DNA from: a virus
Lineage: Duplodnaviria > Caudoviricetes
Strand: one strand, 5' to 3'
IMG/VR virus record: IMGVR_UViG_3300020463_000001
Span: 96,001-160,000 of that record
DNA: 64,000 nucleotides
The position numbers and the translations under genes were made by a program. The notes beneath the pieces are model-generated. The model was not told the origin of the DNA. It did no database searches and saw nothing but the letters and a program-made list of their open reading frames with translations. This document shows positions 40,200 through 48,794 of the stretch, piece after piece; the stretch's first letter is position 1, and each line of letters begins with the position of its first letter.

Positions 40200-40292
40200 G
40201 GTCGTTTAACGACTTCCATTCTTACTTAAATTATTAAAGAGCAATTCTTTATAAAAAAGGTGGTAGAAGGGGGCAATGCCCCCTTCTTTTTT
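40200..40292 (+). ncRNA. Candidate late small RNA (~90 nt)
   Basis: Bounded by a late promoter and a terminator; no usable ORF; three hairpins. Confidence 0.5.
40265..40292 (+). terminator. Rho-independent terminator
   Basis: AGAAGGGGGC-aat-GCCCCCTTCT followed by a T run. Confidence 0.9.
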
Positions 40293-40313
40293 GGGAAAGT
40301 CAAATACTTTTTT

Positions 40314-40321
40314 TATAAATA
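40314..40321 (+). promoter_or_regulatory. T4-type late promoter of the second fibre cassette
   Basis: TATAAATA 35 bp before the ATG at 40357. Confidence 0.85.
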
Positions 40322-40356
40322 TAAGAAAATCATTTTACACTGGAGAGAGAGAATCC

Positions 40357-42633
40357 ATGCCTAATTCCAATCTAGTCAACGCAAAGAATAATATGAAAAC
40401 TAGAATCAGAAATCGTGTTTCTGGTTCTAATCCAAGAGATTTAGGAAGACTTGCAAAATCTGCAAGATTTGTCGGTCTTACCGATGATTCAGAAGTTGAA
40501 ACTGATATCGATACCGAAATGGCTGCAGTAATTCCTAGTGCATCAGTAGATGACCTAGTAGAAATGTCCGAAGGTCTTAAAGAATTAAGAACTGGTGCTG
40601 CGGATATGGGAACAGTTGCAAACGCAGATAGTCTCACAGAAGGCGGAAATAAGTTTCTAAACGCCGAAAGTGTTCAACCATCAATAAGTGTCTCTGGAGA
40701 TTTATCATACAACGGCGGTGTTGTTTCTTACACCGCTCCCACTGCTTCCGCACTACAAGTTGTTGCAACAGTCGGTGATTTGCCCGCTGGTGCTTCGGCC
40801 GGAGATCAAGCAGTTGTTCAATCAAATAATAAGTTATACATCAAAACTGCAGACGGTTGGTATGCAGTAGCATTAATTAACACTGCTCCAAGTATATCTG
40901 GGAACAGTGCTACATACGAGCTCGCCACTGACATGACTCCAACAGTTATCACATTAACTGCAACAGATCCAGAAAATGATCCAGTAACATTTTCATATGC
41001 AGTCACTTCTGGAGATCTCAATGGAACTACAGTACAACAGGCAGATAATGTATTCACTGTAAGTCCACACGGATTAAATGATGCTACTTTCGAATTAACA
41101 TTCTCCGCAAATGATACGGTGAATGTTGCAACATCAGTTTCTAGTTTTAGTTTGACTCATGGAATTGATTGGAGTAATCCAACTCAAATAGCTGTTCGAG
41201 GTTGGTGGGGAGTTAACATATACGAATCGCATGGTCTTAATGTATCCAGTAATCAAAATCAGTGGCCAGGCGGTTCAGAACAGACAGCAGTAGCGTCATA
41301 TTTTAAAAATGGAAAAAGTTGGGTTGTTGCTGGAGATTCTAAGGTAACAGATGGAAGTACTGATGGTTTAATTTATGGTCTCGCCCTACACCCCGCAGCA
41401 GGACTACAAGAAGAATATGGAGGTGATTGGGAAAATGCTCATTGGAGTTATCAGAATCCAAATCCATATTCTGCTTCATATGGCCAACCCGACTATTATG
41501 GTCAAAAGGTAGATGTATCACCAAATGCAACTTGGGTAATTACCGGAGCAGAAAATGAAAATCCTCCGCAAGATTTTGGTAGACAAGCTGCTGGAATGGC
41601 ATATCTATACAATTTAGATACAGATTCTTACGTTACAATAAATGACCCCAATATATCTCATATGGGGAATTGGGGAGAAGCAGTTGCGGTCAACGATACT
41701 CATTGTGCGGTTGGTAAAACAGATTATGATTCTAAATCTGGAAAAGTTGGTATTTTTGAAAATGCAACTGGAAATCTTGTAACTTGGGTATATCATACAG
41801 GAACTCATTATCAAGACACAAGATGGCCGACTGATTCTTGGCACACAACAGAAGCCAACGGTTACTTTGGATCACATATAGTAATGAATAATGAATATAT
41901 GTGTGTTTCTGCTTCAAACGAACAGCCCGCCAACGGCCATAACCAAATTGGTGCTGTGTATGTTTATGATATGACAAATCCTGCTAGTCCTGCATTTTTG
42001 TACAAATTAGAAAATCCGGATTATAGTGGTGCAAATGTTCCTACTTCAGTAATTGGTAATTCTCCATATCAAATGAATCACAGAGTACATTTTGGAGGTG
42101 ATTCGACAAATCCGATGAGAGCATCTAGTATCCAAATTTCTGGAACTAAACTTGCTGTCGGTGCGCCAGGAAACTATACTGCAGATTCTCTTTCTGGGAC
42201 TGGAGGAAGTCAAAACCAAGGATGGGGTGGAAGTTCATTTAATGTATCAGAAGAAGAGTATCAAAGAGGCGGAAAGATATTCGTATTTGATTTAACAACA
42301 GGAAATCTTATAACAGATATAGAACATCCAAACAATCAATCATATGGAAACAGAAACTCTACCTCATTTGGAGCTGGATTCTTAGGAAAGAATTTTGCAT
42401 TTAATGGAGATGTGGTTGTTGCTGGTAGAGGAAATACAAAAGACATCGATATTTATAGTGCGACAGATGGAAGTATAATCAGTACTTTGGTCGATGCAAT
42501 GCCCTTCACTTCGCAGATGGGTTATAGACCTCCTGCAGTTGCCATACAGGATGAATATATTGTAGTCTTTTACAAAGATGGAACAGACTACTATTCTGGG
42601 GGTCGGCCGACCATCAAGGTCTATAAAGCTTAA
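40357..42633 (+). CDS. Fibre-family paralog (C-type); start corrected from 40276
   Basis: MPNSNL aligns with MPNTNL of ORF 24195; GGAG upstream; the 40276 start lies inside a terminator. Confidence 0.8.
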   Translation: MPNSNLVNAKNNMKTRIRNRVSGSNPRDLGRLAKSARFVGLTDDSEVETDIDTEMAAVIPSASVDDLVEMSEGLKELRTGAADMGTVANADSLTEGGNKFLNAESVQPSISVSGDLSYNGGVVSYTAPTASALQVVATVGDLPAGASAGDQAVVQSNNKLYIKTADGWYAVALINTAPSISGNSATYELATDMTPTVITLTATDPENDPVTFSYAVTSGDLNGTTVQQADNVFTVSPHGLNDATFELTFSANDTVNVATSVSSFSLTHGIDWSNPTQIAVRGWWGVNIYESHGLNVSSNQNQWPGGSEQTAVASYFKNGKSWVVAGDSKVTDGSTDGLIYGLALHPAAGLQEEYGGDWENAHWSYQNPNPYSASYGQPDYYGQKVDVSPNATWVITGAENENPPQDFGRQAAGMAYLYNLDTDSYVTINDPNISHMGNWGEAVAVNDTHCAVGKTDYDSKSGKVGIFENATGNLVTWVYHTGTHYQDTRWPTDSWHTTEANGYFGSHIVMNNEYMCVSASNEQPANGHNQIGAVYVYDMTNPASPAFLYKLENPDYSGANVPTSVIGNSPYQMNHRVHFGGDSTNPMRASSIQISGTKLAVGAPGNYTADSLSGTGGSQNQGWGGSSFNVSEEEYQRGGKIFVFDLTTGNLITDIEHPNNQSYGNRNSTSFGAGFLGKNFAFNGDVVVAGRGNTKDIDIYSATDGSIISTLVDAMPFTSQMGYRPPAVAIQDEYIVVFYKDGTDYYSGGRPTIKVYKA

Positions 42634-42651
42634 TTTAAATAGGAAAAACAA

Positions 42652-45534
42652 ATGTCAGATACAAATTTAGATCCTTCAATAACCGCCCTCACTAATAGGG
42701 CATCTACAGTTGCTGTCACTGCGACTGCAAGAGAGTTAATGAATCTTTCAAGGCTTGCTCCTAGTTTGGAACAGTCAGAGAACACAGATTTAGAAGTTGC
42801 AATCAACGCAAGGGCAGAAGATCTGGCTCCATCCGCGACTGCAACAGAACTCAAGAGTATTGGTAAGGCAATCGGTAATGTTCTAGAACCAGAAACATTT
42901 GTCGCTGGTGGGACACTTCCAAATCAAGCACAAAACTCTGGTAACTTCCTTGCAACAAATGGAACTGCAGAATCTTGGGGTGGACTTTCAGTCTCTACTC
43001 TTAGTGAAGTCAATATATCTTCTATCATGAATGACGAGACTTTAGTTTACAATCATGTCAATGGTCTCTTTGAAAATAACTCACAGGTTTTCAGAATCCA
43101 AGAAATCGGTTTAACAGAAAATATCCCTGCTTCTGGAGCATTTGAAGGACAGGTTGTTTTTGATCAACAAACATCAGAACTCAAATACTGGGACGGATCC
43201 GAATGGAAAGTTGCAGCGGTTGTTGCAGCTGCCGGTGGTGGTGGAACTTCTACGGTAGATTGGACAGGATCACAAACCACTCTTGCCACATTACCTCGCG
43301 GATCTGGTACAACTAGATTCGGAAGAATGGTTGTAATGAATAGTACTTATGTCGCGGTATCGGATTATGAATTCGATCAGGGCGGATATACAGACAACGG
43401 AAAGGTCACAGTATATCTAGTCGCAGATGGTTCTGAAGTATGGACTGTTTATGGGACGGAATCACATAATTATCATGGATACACTAATAACGGCGAGAAG
43501 GGGATGTTCATGTCCGAAAATCTTCTTGTTATCAATGATGGAGCTACTCGGTCATATGGAGACACTGGAGCAAGAGTTAGACTTTATGATGTGACCAATG
43601 GAAATTTATTAGGAACATTTGATGTTAGTGGTGATACGAATATAAGCGTAAATGCTAGCAATCACTATGGGCGTTCTGTTGCCATCAATGACGATGAAAC
43701 TAAACTTGCAATTGGGTCTCCCGAAGCTTCGCCATCGACAGGAGGGAAGTGGGGGAGATTTTCTGTATATGATATATCCGATTTAAATAACTTGTCAAAC
43801 ACACCCATTCATTCTGTTGGTGGAGAAGATTTACCAGCTAGTGATACTTACTCATTATTTGGATTTGATTTAGATTTTTCTGGAGTCAATACTTTGGTTG
43901 TAAGTGCTCCAGATTGGAAAGATGGTGGAGTTAAAACAGGTAGAACTTTTATATTTGATCTGACTGCAGCAGGAAATGGATTACAACAAAGTCTTCCCGG
44001 CAAAGCAGTTAGAGTTATTGCTTCCGGAGGAGAATATTCTGGTGGAAATTTAGTTGTTGTTGCTTCAGACTGGCAAGCAGATCCTACAGAAAACGGATTA
44101 GTTAAAATTTGGGATTCAAATAGTTTCGGAACTGCAACACCAACTGCGACTATAAATTATCCCGATGGGGGAGCAAACGCGAGATTTGGTCATTCAACTG
44201 CCTTTGATGGGAACTACATATTGGTTGCTGGTCTTTATGCAAATACTGATACAACAGGCGGTGGTCAGATTTATGTTTATAACTTAGATGGAACTTCTGT
44301 TAGTCAGATATCAAGCCCAAATCCTACTACATGGGGTTCATTCGGATTCTGTGTTGCAGTAGATGCTTCTGGAAGCGGAAAGTGGGCAGTGGGTGCTACT
44401 GGGGAAGCAAAGGTTTATGTATTCCAACAGGCGATGTCTGGAGGCGGTTCTGGTTCATCTTACACTGTAGTAGACTGGACTGCAGCAGACTCAACACTAA
44501 CCACAATATGGGGGTCTAGAATCGGTCACACTCTAACTTCTACTCAATTATCAGATGGTAGAAATGTAGTAATCGCGGCCGTCAATAGCGGTCATTTCTA
44601 CGCATATGATTTGGCAGATAACTCTCTGATATGGACTGTATCAACGTCGGGTCATGTCCCAGATGATAATGGAGCAATGGCTTCTTCCGGAGATTATTTT
44701 GCTGCTGTCGAAGGAGGGAGCGTTAGAGTTCGTTCAGCGCTTGACGGAAGTGCTGTTGACGGCGGGTCAGTTGAAAATGGAGTTGAAAGTATCCCAGGCT
44801 GGGGAATCTTCCAAGTCGAGAGTATTAGTATGCATGGAAATTATATCTTCTTACCCAGAACAGCGTATAACGAGTATGCCATGGTCAAATGGGATACAAG
44901 GGAGATAGTCTGGCAATATAACTCAAATAATCATCCTTGGAACATAGTTAATTCAAATCCAAATGCTGGTATCGCGGCTTATAACCACGACATGGGAGAA
45001 AATTATCTTGCAGTTCAAGATATGTATAGTCATTCCGGAGCATATCAAGCTGGATGTGTATATGTGGTAGATGTTCTTACTGGCCAAGAAATTTCTAGAC
45101 TTGACGATCCAAATCCTAGAGTTAATGGTAGATTTGGTGGTATTGGTGGGAGAGAAAATGGAATTGCAGTTTCTGGAGACAAGGCTATTATTGGTGATCC
45201 CGAAGACGGTCATGGTAAAGTCCACATTTTCGATATGCCCACAGGAACATTAGAATTCACAATAGATGAAAACACTGCTGGTGGGTCAGGCATAACCACT
45301 TATGCGCGACAGAGCATTGCTGGATACAATTTTGGTCAGGAAATCGAAGCATACGGAGACTACGCATTAATTTCTCACAATTGGGACTCTTTCATAGTTC
45401 AGATATCTACGGGCGAAATTAAACATGAAACTGACCTTCTTAATATTGACAGAGTAACTATAGTAGAGAACTATGCGATTGGCGGAGATTTGAATACACA
45501 AAATCTAAGAATCATAAAAGGAATAATTTCTTAA
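42652..45534 (+). CDS. Fibre-family paralog (A-type) with two beta-propeller-like heads
   Basis: First ~195 aa homologous to ORF 17261 (APSLEQSEN..LEVAIN.RA; LKYW.G.EWKVAAVVA); FG..V blades afterwards. Confidence 0.78.
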   Translation: MSDTNLDPSITALTNRASTVAVTATARELMNLSRLAPSLEQSENTDLEVAINARAEDLAPSATATELKSIGKAIGNVLEPETFVAGGTLPNQAQNSGNFLATNGTAESWGGLSVSTLSEVNISSIMNDETLVYNHVNGLFENNSQVFRIQEIGLTENIPASGAFEGQVVFDQQTSELKYWDGSEWKVAAVVAAAGGGGTSTVDWTGSQTTLATLPRGSGTTRFGRMVVMNSTYVAVSDYEFDQGGYTDNGKVTVYLVADGSEVWTVYGTESHNYHGYTNNGEKGMFMSENLLVINDGATRSYGDTGARVRLYDVTNGNLLGTFDVSGDTNISVNASNHYGRSVAINDDETKLAIGSPEASPSTGGKWGRFSVYDISDLNNLSNTPIHSVGGEDLPASDTYSLFGFDLDFSGVNTLVVSAPDWKDGGVKTGRTFIFDLTAAGNGLQQSLPGKAVRVIASGGEYSGGNLVVVASDWQADPTENGLVKIWDSNSFGTATPTATINYPDGGANARFGHSTAFDGNYILVAGLYANTDTTGGGQIYVYNLDGTSVSQISSPNPTTWGSFGFCVAVDASGSGKWAVGATGEAKVYVFQQAMSGGGSGSSYTVVDWTAADSTLTTIWGSRIGHTLTSTQLSDGRNVVIAAVNSGHFYAYDLADNSLIWTVSTSGHVPDDNGAMASSGDYFAAVEGGSVRVRSALDGSAVDGGSVENGVESIPGWGIFQVESISMHGNYIFLPRTAYNEYAMVKWDTREIVWQYNSNNHPWNIVNSNPNAGIAAYNHDMGENYLAVQDMYSHSGAYQAGCVYVVDVLTGQEISRLDDPNPRVNGRFGGIGGRENGIAVSGDKAIIGDPEDGHGKVHIFDMPTGTLEFTIDENTAGGSGITTYARQSIAGYNFGQEIEAYGDYALISHNWDSFIVQISTGEIKHETDLLNIDRVTIVENYAIGGDLNTQNLRIIKGIIS

Positions 45535-45551
45535 TTTAAAGGAAAATTAAA

Positions 45552-47753
45552 ATGGCAAATACATTTACTTCGAGAGATACTCTCAAAACAAAACTCTTGG
45601 CCGCAGTAGGTTCTGCGACTACTGCAGATCAGATTGTAAAGTTGTCTCGTTCAATTGAGAGAGCAAATCTGGACGATGATGCAGATCTAGAGACTGCACT
45701 AGATACAAAAGTATCTGCAATGGCGACTAGTGCGTCCACTGCAGATATTGAGAAACTTGCATTTGGTGTCAAGAAACTCAGAACTCCGCCGGGCGCTGCA
45801 ACTCCGACATCTAGTATGATTGCGGAAGGTTCTAGTAATCTCTATGTAACTGACTCTAGAGTTAGAAGTTCATTCAGTGCATCTGGAGACTTATCATATA
45901 ATGCAGGAACTGGTGTTCTATCTTACACTGCACTACCAGACGCATTAACAGTTTACGCAACAGTCGCAGATTTGCCTGCAAGTGGAGTTGCAGCTGGTGC
46001 AAAGGGTATCGTAGAAGAGAATAAGAAACTCTACATCTTCACAGGTGCATCATGGGTTGGTGTAGGATTGGTTGATCAGAAACCAAACTTCACAACAACT
46101 CCAGATGGTTCTTATGCATTATCACCTGGCGCTGATACGGTGATCACTCTTGCTGCAACAGATCCACAAGGAGACGCAATCACATATAGTTATCAAGTAA
46201 CTGCAGGGGCCTTGGGTGGAACTACAGTATCACAGACAGATAATGTCTTCACAATTTCCGCAAGTTCTAATAGTGCGGATGCTGGTTCTTTCTCATTGTC
46301 ATTTACTGCATCAGACGGAACTAACTTAACAACCACAACTCCTTCAGAGTTTACTCTCGTGTTTGGTTTTAATTGGGACAGTATTGACATTTATACTCCA
46401 TATTCCAAAGACGAAAACAACAGTTTTGGTAGATGGATGGACACATCTGGTCAATTTTTCACAACCTCCAAGCCAGGTTATTTCGATATAGGAATGATAG
46501 ACATACAAGATAGTTCGTCCGGCACCAATCCTTTAGGACAACAAATAGATTATATTATTCCGACTTGGATATCTAGTAGTGTCGGTCAGGGGCCCGCGTC
46601 AAATAACGGTCATGGTTTGAGTTGGTTGACCGGAACATACACTCCACAAAACGCAGGAACAAGACTATGCCTAGATGGAAATCTGGTTGCATTCCAATCT
46701 CACAGTAATAATGGTGATGTACAGGTTTGGAAAGTAAATACAGACGGAACTCAAACATATGGCCAGCCAGTTGCTAAATTTATGTTCACTCCAAGAGATT
46801 CATATCTTGATCAACGAATACAAGATTATTGTTATTTTAATGGGTTCTCTGCGTTTGGTCAATCAATTGCAATGGGCGGCGGTTACTTGGCAGTCGGTGA
46901 TTACAGAGCGAAAATGAACCGGCTCGATTCTCCATATGACGGAGATGGAAATGCACTAGAAAATTCTGGAAAGGTTTTTGTATATGACCTTAGTCAATCG
47001 GACGAGGCAGCTGCATTTGCTAATGGATATGTTTTAGAAAGACCATTCACTCCATACAACGGAACCCCAGGCCAACCAGTTGGCGGATCAGGAACTCCAA
47101 GAGTTACCATAAGGTTTGGTAGTTCGATAGCGATAGCCGGAGACGCTGGACTTCTCGCTGTTGCCGCGGCAGGATATTCATATTCAAGCAATGAAAGGGT
47201 GAGTGGGGCAGTTTTCATCTACAACCTTGCGGATGGGTCTTTTGTACGAGAAATTGATGTATCTTCGCAGAGTGCAGATGGATTAGGAGACCAAGGCGAT
47301 GCAACCAGTGCGCCCGGAGCTTATCACGACCAACTGCGAATTACTCCAGACGGTTCTAGGTTGGTTATAGGAGATCAAAATACTAGACGATCAGGGTATA
47401 CTCAAAGAGGAGCAGTCTCCGTATATGATGTAAGTACTGGAGCTCACATAATTACTTGGAGATCTTCCGATCAGAGTGTCGGAGAAGTTAATACCAAATG
47501 GGGTAGTACGGTTGATATAACTCCCGATGGAAATTATGTATTATTTGGTGCTCAAGATTCATTCAGTGGAGATGTGGGAAGATGTTTTATGGTCAAGGTG
47601 GATGGAACTACATTTGACAATAATCTGCTGTGGTGGGATATTGATGGTAGGACTACTTCATTCAGTGGATTTGGAACCAGTGTCAGATTTGGAGATGATC
47701 AAATCTATATTGGTGTTGAAGTACAGGATGCTGTTGTTACATATAAAGCATAA
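45552..47753 (+). CDS. Fibre-family paralog (B-type) with FG-GAP-like propeller head
   Basis: First ~270 aa nearly identical to ORF 22179; FGQSIA, FGSSIA, SGAVFIY blades. Confidence 0.78.
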   Translation: MANTFTSRDTLKTKLLAAVGSATTADQIVKLSRSIERANLDDDADLETALDTKVSAMATSASTADIEKLAFGVKKLRTPPGAATPTSSMIAEGSSNLYVTDSRVRSSFSASGDLSYNAGTGVLSYTALPDALTVYATVADLPASGVAAGAKGIVEENKKLYIFTGASWVGVGLVDQKPNFTTTPDGSYALSPGADTVITLAATDPQGDAITYSYQVTAGALGGTTVSQTDNVFTISASSNSADAGSFSLSFTASDGTNLTTTTPSEFTLVFGFNWDSIDIYTPYSKDENNSFGRWMDTSGQFFTTSKPGYFDIGMIDIQDSSSGTNPLGQQIDYIIPTWISSSVGQGPASNNGHGLSWLTGTYTPQNAGTRLCLDGNLVAFQSHSNNGDVQVWKVNTDGTQTYGQPVAKFMFTPRDSYLDQRIQDYCYFNGFSAFGQSIAMGGGYLAVGDYRAKMNRLDSPYDGDGNALENSGKVFVYDLSQSDEAAAFANGYVLERPFTPYNGTPGQPVGGSGTPRVTIRFGSSIAIAGDAGLLAVAAAGYSYSSNERVSGAVFIYNLADGSFVREIDVSSQSADGLGDQGDATSAPGAYHDQLRITPDGSRLVIGDQNTRRSGYTQRGAVSVYDVSTGAHIITWRSSDQSVGEVNTKWGSTVDITPDGNYVLFGAQDSFSGDVGRCFMVKVDGTTFDNNLLWWDIDGRTTSFSGFGTSVRFGDDQIYIGVEVQDAVVTYKA

Positions 47754-47774
47754 TAATATACCTTATGACTTTAG

Positions 47775-47802
47775 AGGGACTCTTCGGAGTCCCTTTTTTT
47801 TT
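47775..47802 (+). terminator. Rho-independent terminator
   Basis: AGGGACTC-TTCG-GAGTCCCT with a cUUCGg tetraloop and a T run; near copy of the gp23 terminator. Confidence 0.92.
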
Positions 47803-47804
47803 GA

Positions 47805-47812
47805 TATAAATA
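47805..47812 (+). promoter_or_regulatory. T4-type late promoter
   Basis: TATAAATA before gp3. Confidence 0.85.
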
Positions 47813-47834
47813 ATAGTGTTACGGAGTATCTATT

Positions 47835-48356
47835 GTGGCGTTAAATGTCGATTTTGAAAATCCAAATTATCTGAGTAATCAGTCTTTCCAATTAAGTATT
47901 CTTAAGTGTCCTTCACTGAGTCCGTTTGTACAGGGTGTCAGTTTGCCTGGCCTCACATTCGGAGAAGCACTTCTTGGAACACCATTTGCGGATAGAAAGG
48001 AACCGGGCGATAAAATAATATTCTCAGTTCTTTCTGTAAGTTTTCTAGTCGATGAAGAAATGAAAACTTGGATGGAAATTTATGAATGGATCCGTGGTCT
48101 TGGATTCCCAGAAAGCTTTGATCAGTATCGAAGTTTTGCACAGGGAAGAAAACTTATCGGAACAGATGTTTATTCCGATGGATCTTTGATGATATATAAC
48201 AATCAGGGTGCTCCAATATATGAAGCAGTATTCAGAGATTTATTTCCAATTGCGTTAGGTGATATACCTCTATCATCCTTAGAAACTGGAGACGAACCTA
48301 CTGCGGCAACTGCAGATTTCCAATATACAACATATGAAATTAGAAAAATAGAATAA
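47835..48356 (+). CDS. gp3: Tail tube terminator / tail completion protein
   Basis: NPNYLS...F.L; LPGLTFG; PGDKIIF..L.V.FLVDEEM..W.EIYEWI; F.DLFP..L; F.YTTY. Confidence 0.9.
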   Translation: MALNVDFENPNYLSNQSFQLSILKCPSLSPFVQGVSLPGLTFGEALLGTPFADRKEPGDKIIFSVLSVSFLVDEEMKTWMEIYEWIRGLGFPESFDQYRSFAQGRKLIGTDVYSDGSLMIYNNQGAPIYEAVFRDLFPIALGDIPLSSLETGDEPTAATADFQYTTYEIRKIE

Positions 48357-48359
48357 AAT

Positions 48360-48794
48360 ATGAAACTAAGTGAACTCAAGGAAGAGGCTTCTCAAGACCT
48401 CCAAATTGACAGAACTGATATTGAAACCTCTATTCTCAATCTTTCCATGTTATGTTCTAAGTGGCATAACTATCGTATTGAACAGGCTTCTATTGTCAGT
48501 TTGAATCAATTCAAATATAAAAAACTCGAAGCAAAGAAAAAGAAATACTATCTAGGCAAACTTACAGAAGATGAGATGGATCGTCTTGGGTGGGAATCTG
48601 ATGGATATAAAGTTCTTAAAGGTGATGTACAAATGTGGTTAGATGACGATGATGATCTTATCACAGAGGCACAGAAACTCACCTACCAAAAAGAAATATT
48701 ACACTTCATAGAGAAACAGATGGATCTTCTTGATAGCAATAAATGGTTGATCAAGGATCTCATTAACGTGCGGAAATTTCTAGAGGGCGGTTAA
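48360..48794 (+). CDS. uvsY: Recombination mediator
   Basis: DL.ID...IE; KKYYLGK; LKGDV..WLD.D.DL; WLIKD..N.RKF..G; adjacent to uvsW. Confidence 0.88.
   Translation: MKLSELKEEASQDLQIDRTDIETSILNLSMLCSKWHNYRIEQASIVSLNQFKYKKLEAKKKKYYLGKLTEDEMDRLGWESDGYKVLKGDVQMWLDDDDDLITEAQKLTYQKEILHFIEKQMDLLDSNKWLIKDLINVRKFLEGG

Noticed and set aside
40276-40356. 27-aa N-terminal extension of the C' paralog
   Set aside because: The ATG is in a terminator loop upstream of the late promoter; homology starts at 40357
15147-47753. Diversity-generating retroelement or invertase shufflon behind the fibre paralogs
   Set aside because: No reverse transcriptase or recombinase gene in the window, no template/variable pair differing only at adenines, no inverted gene copies
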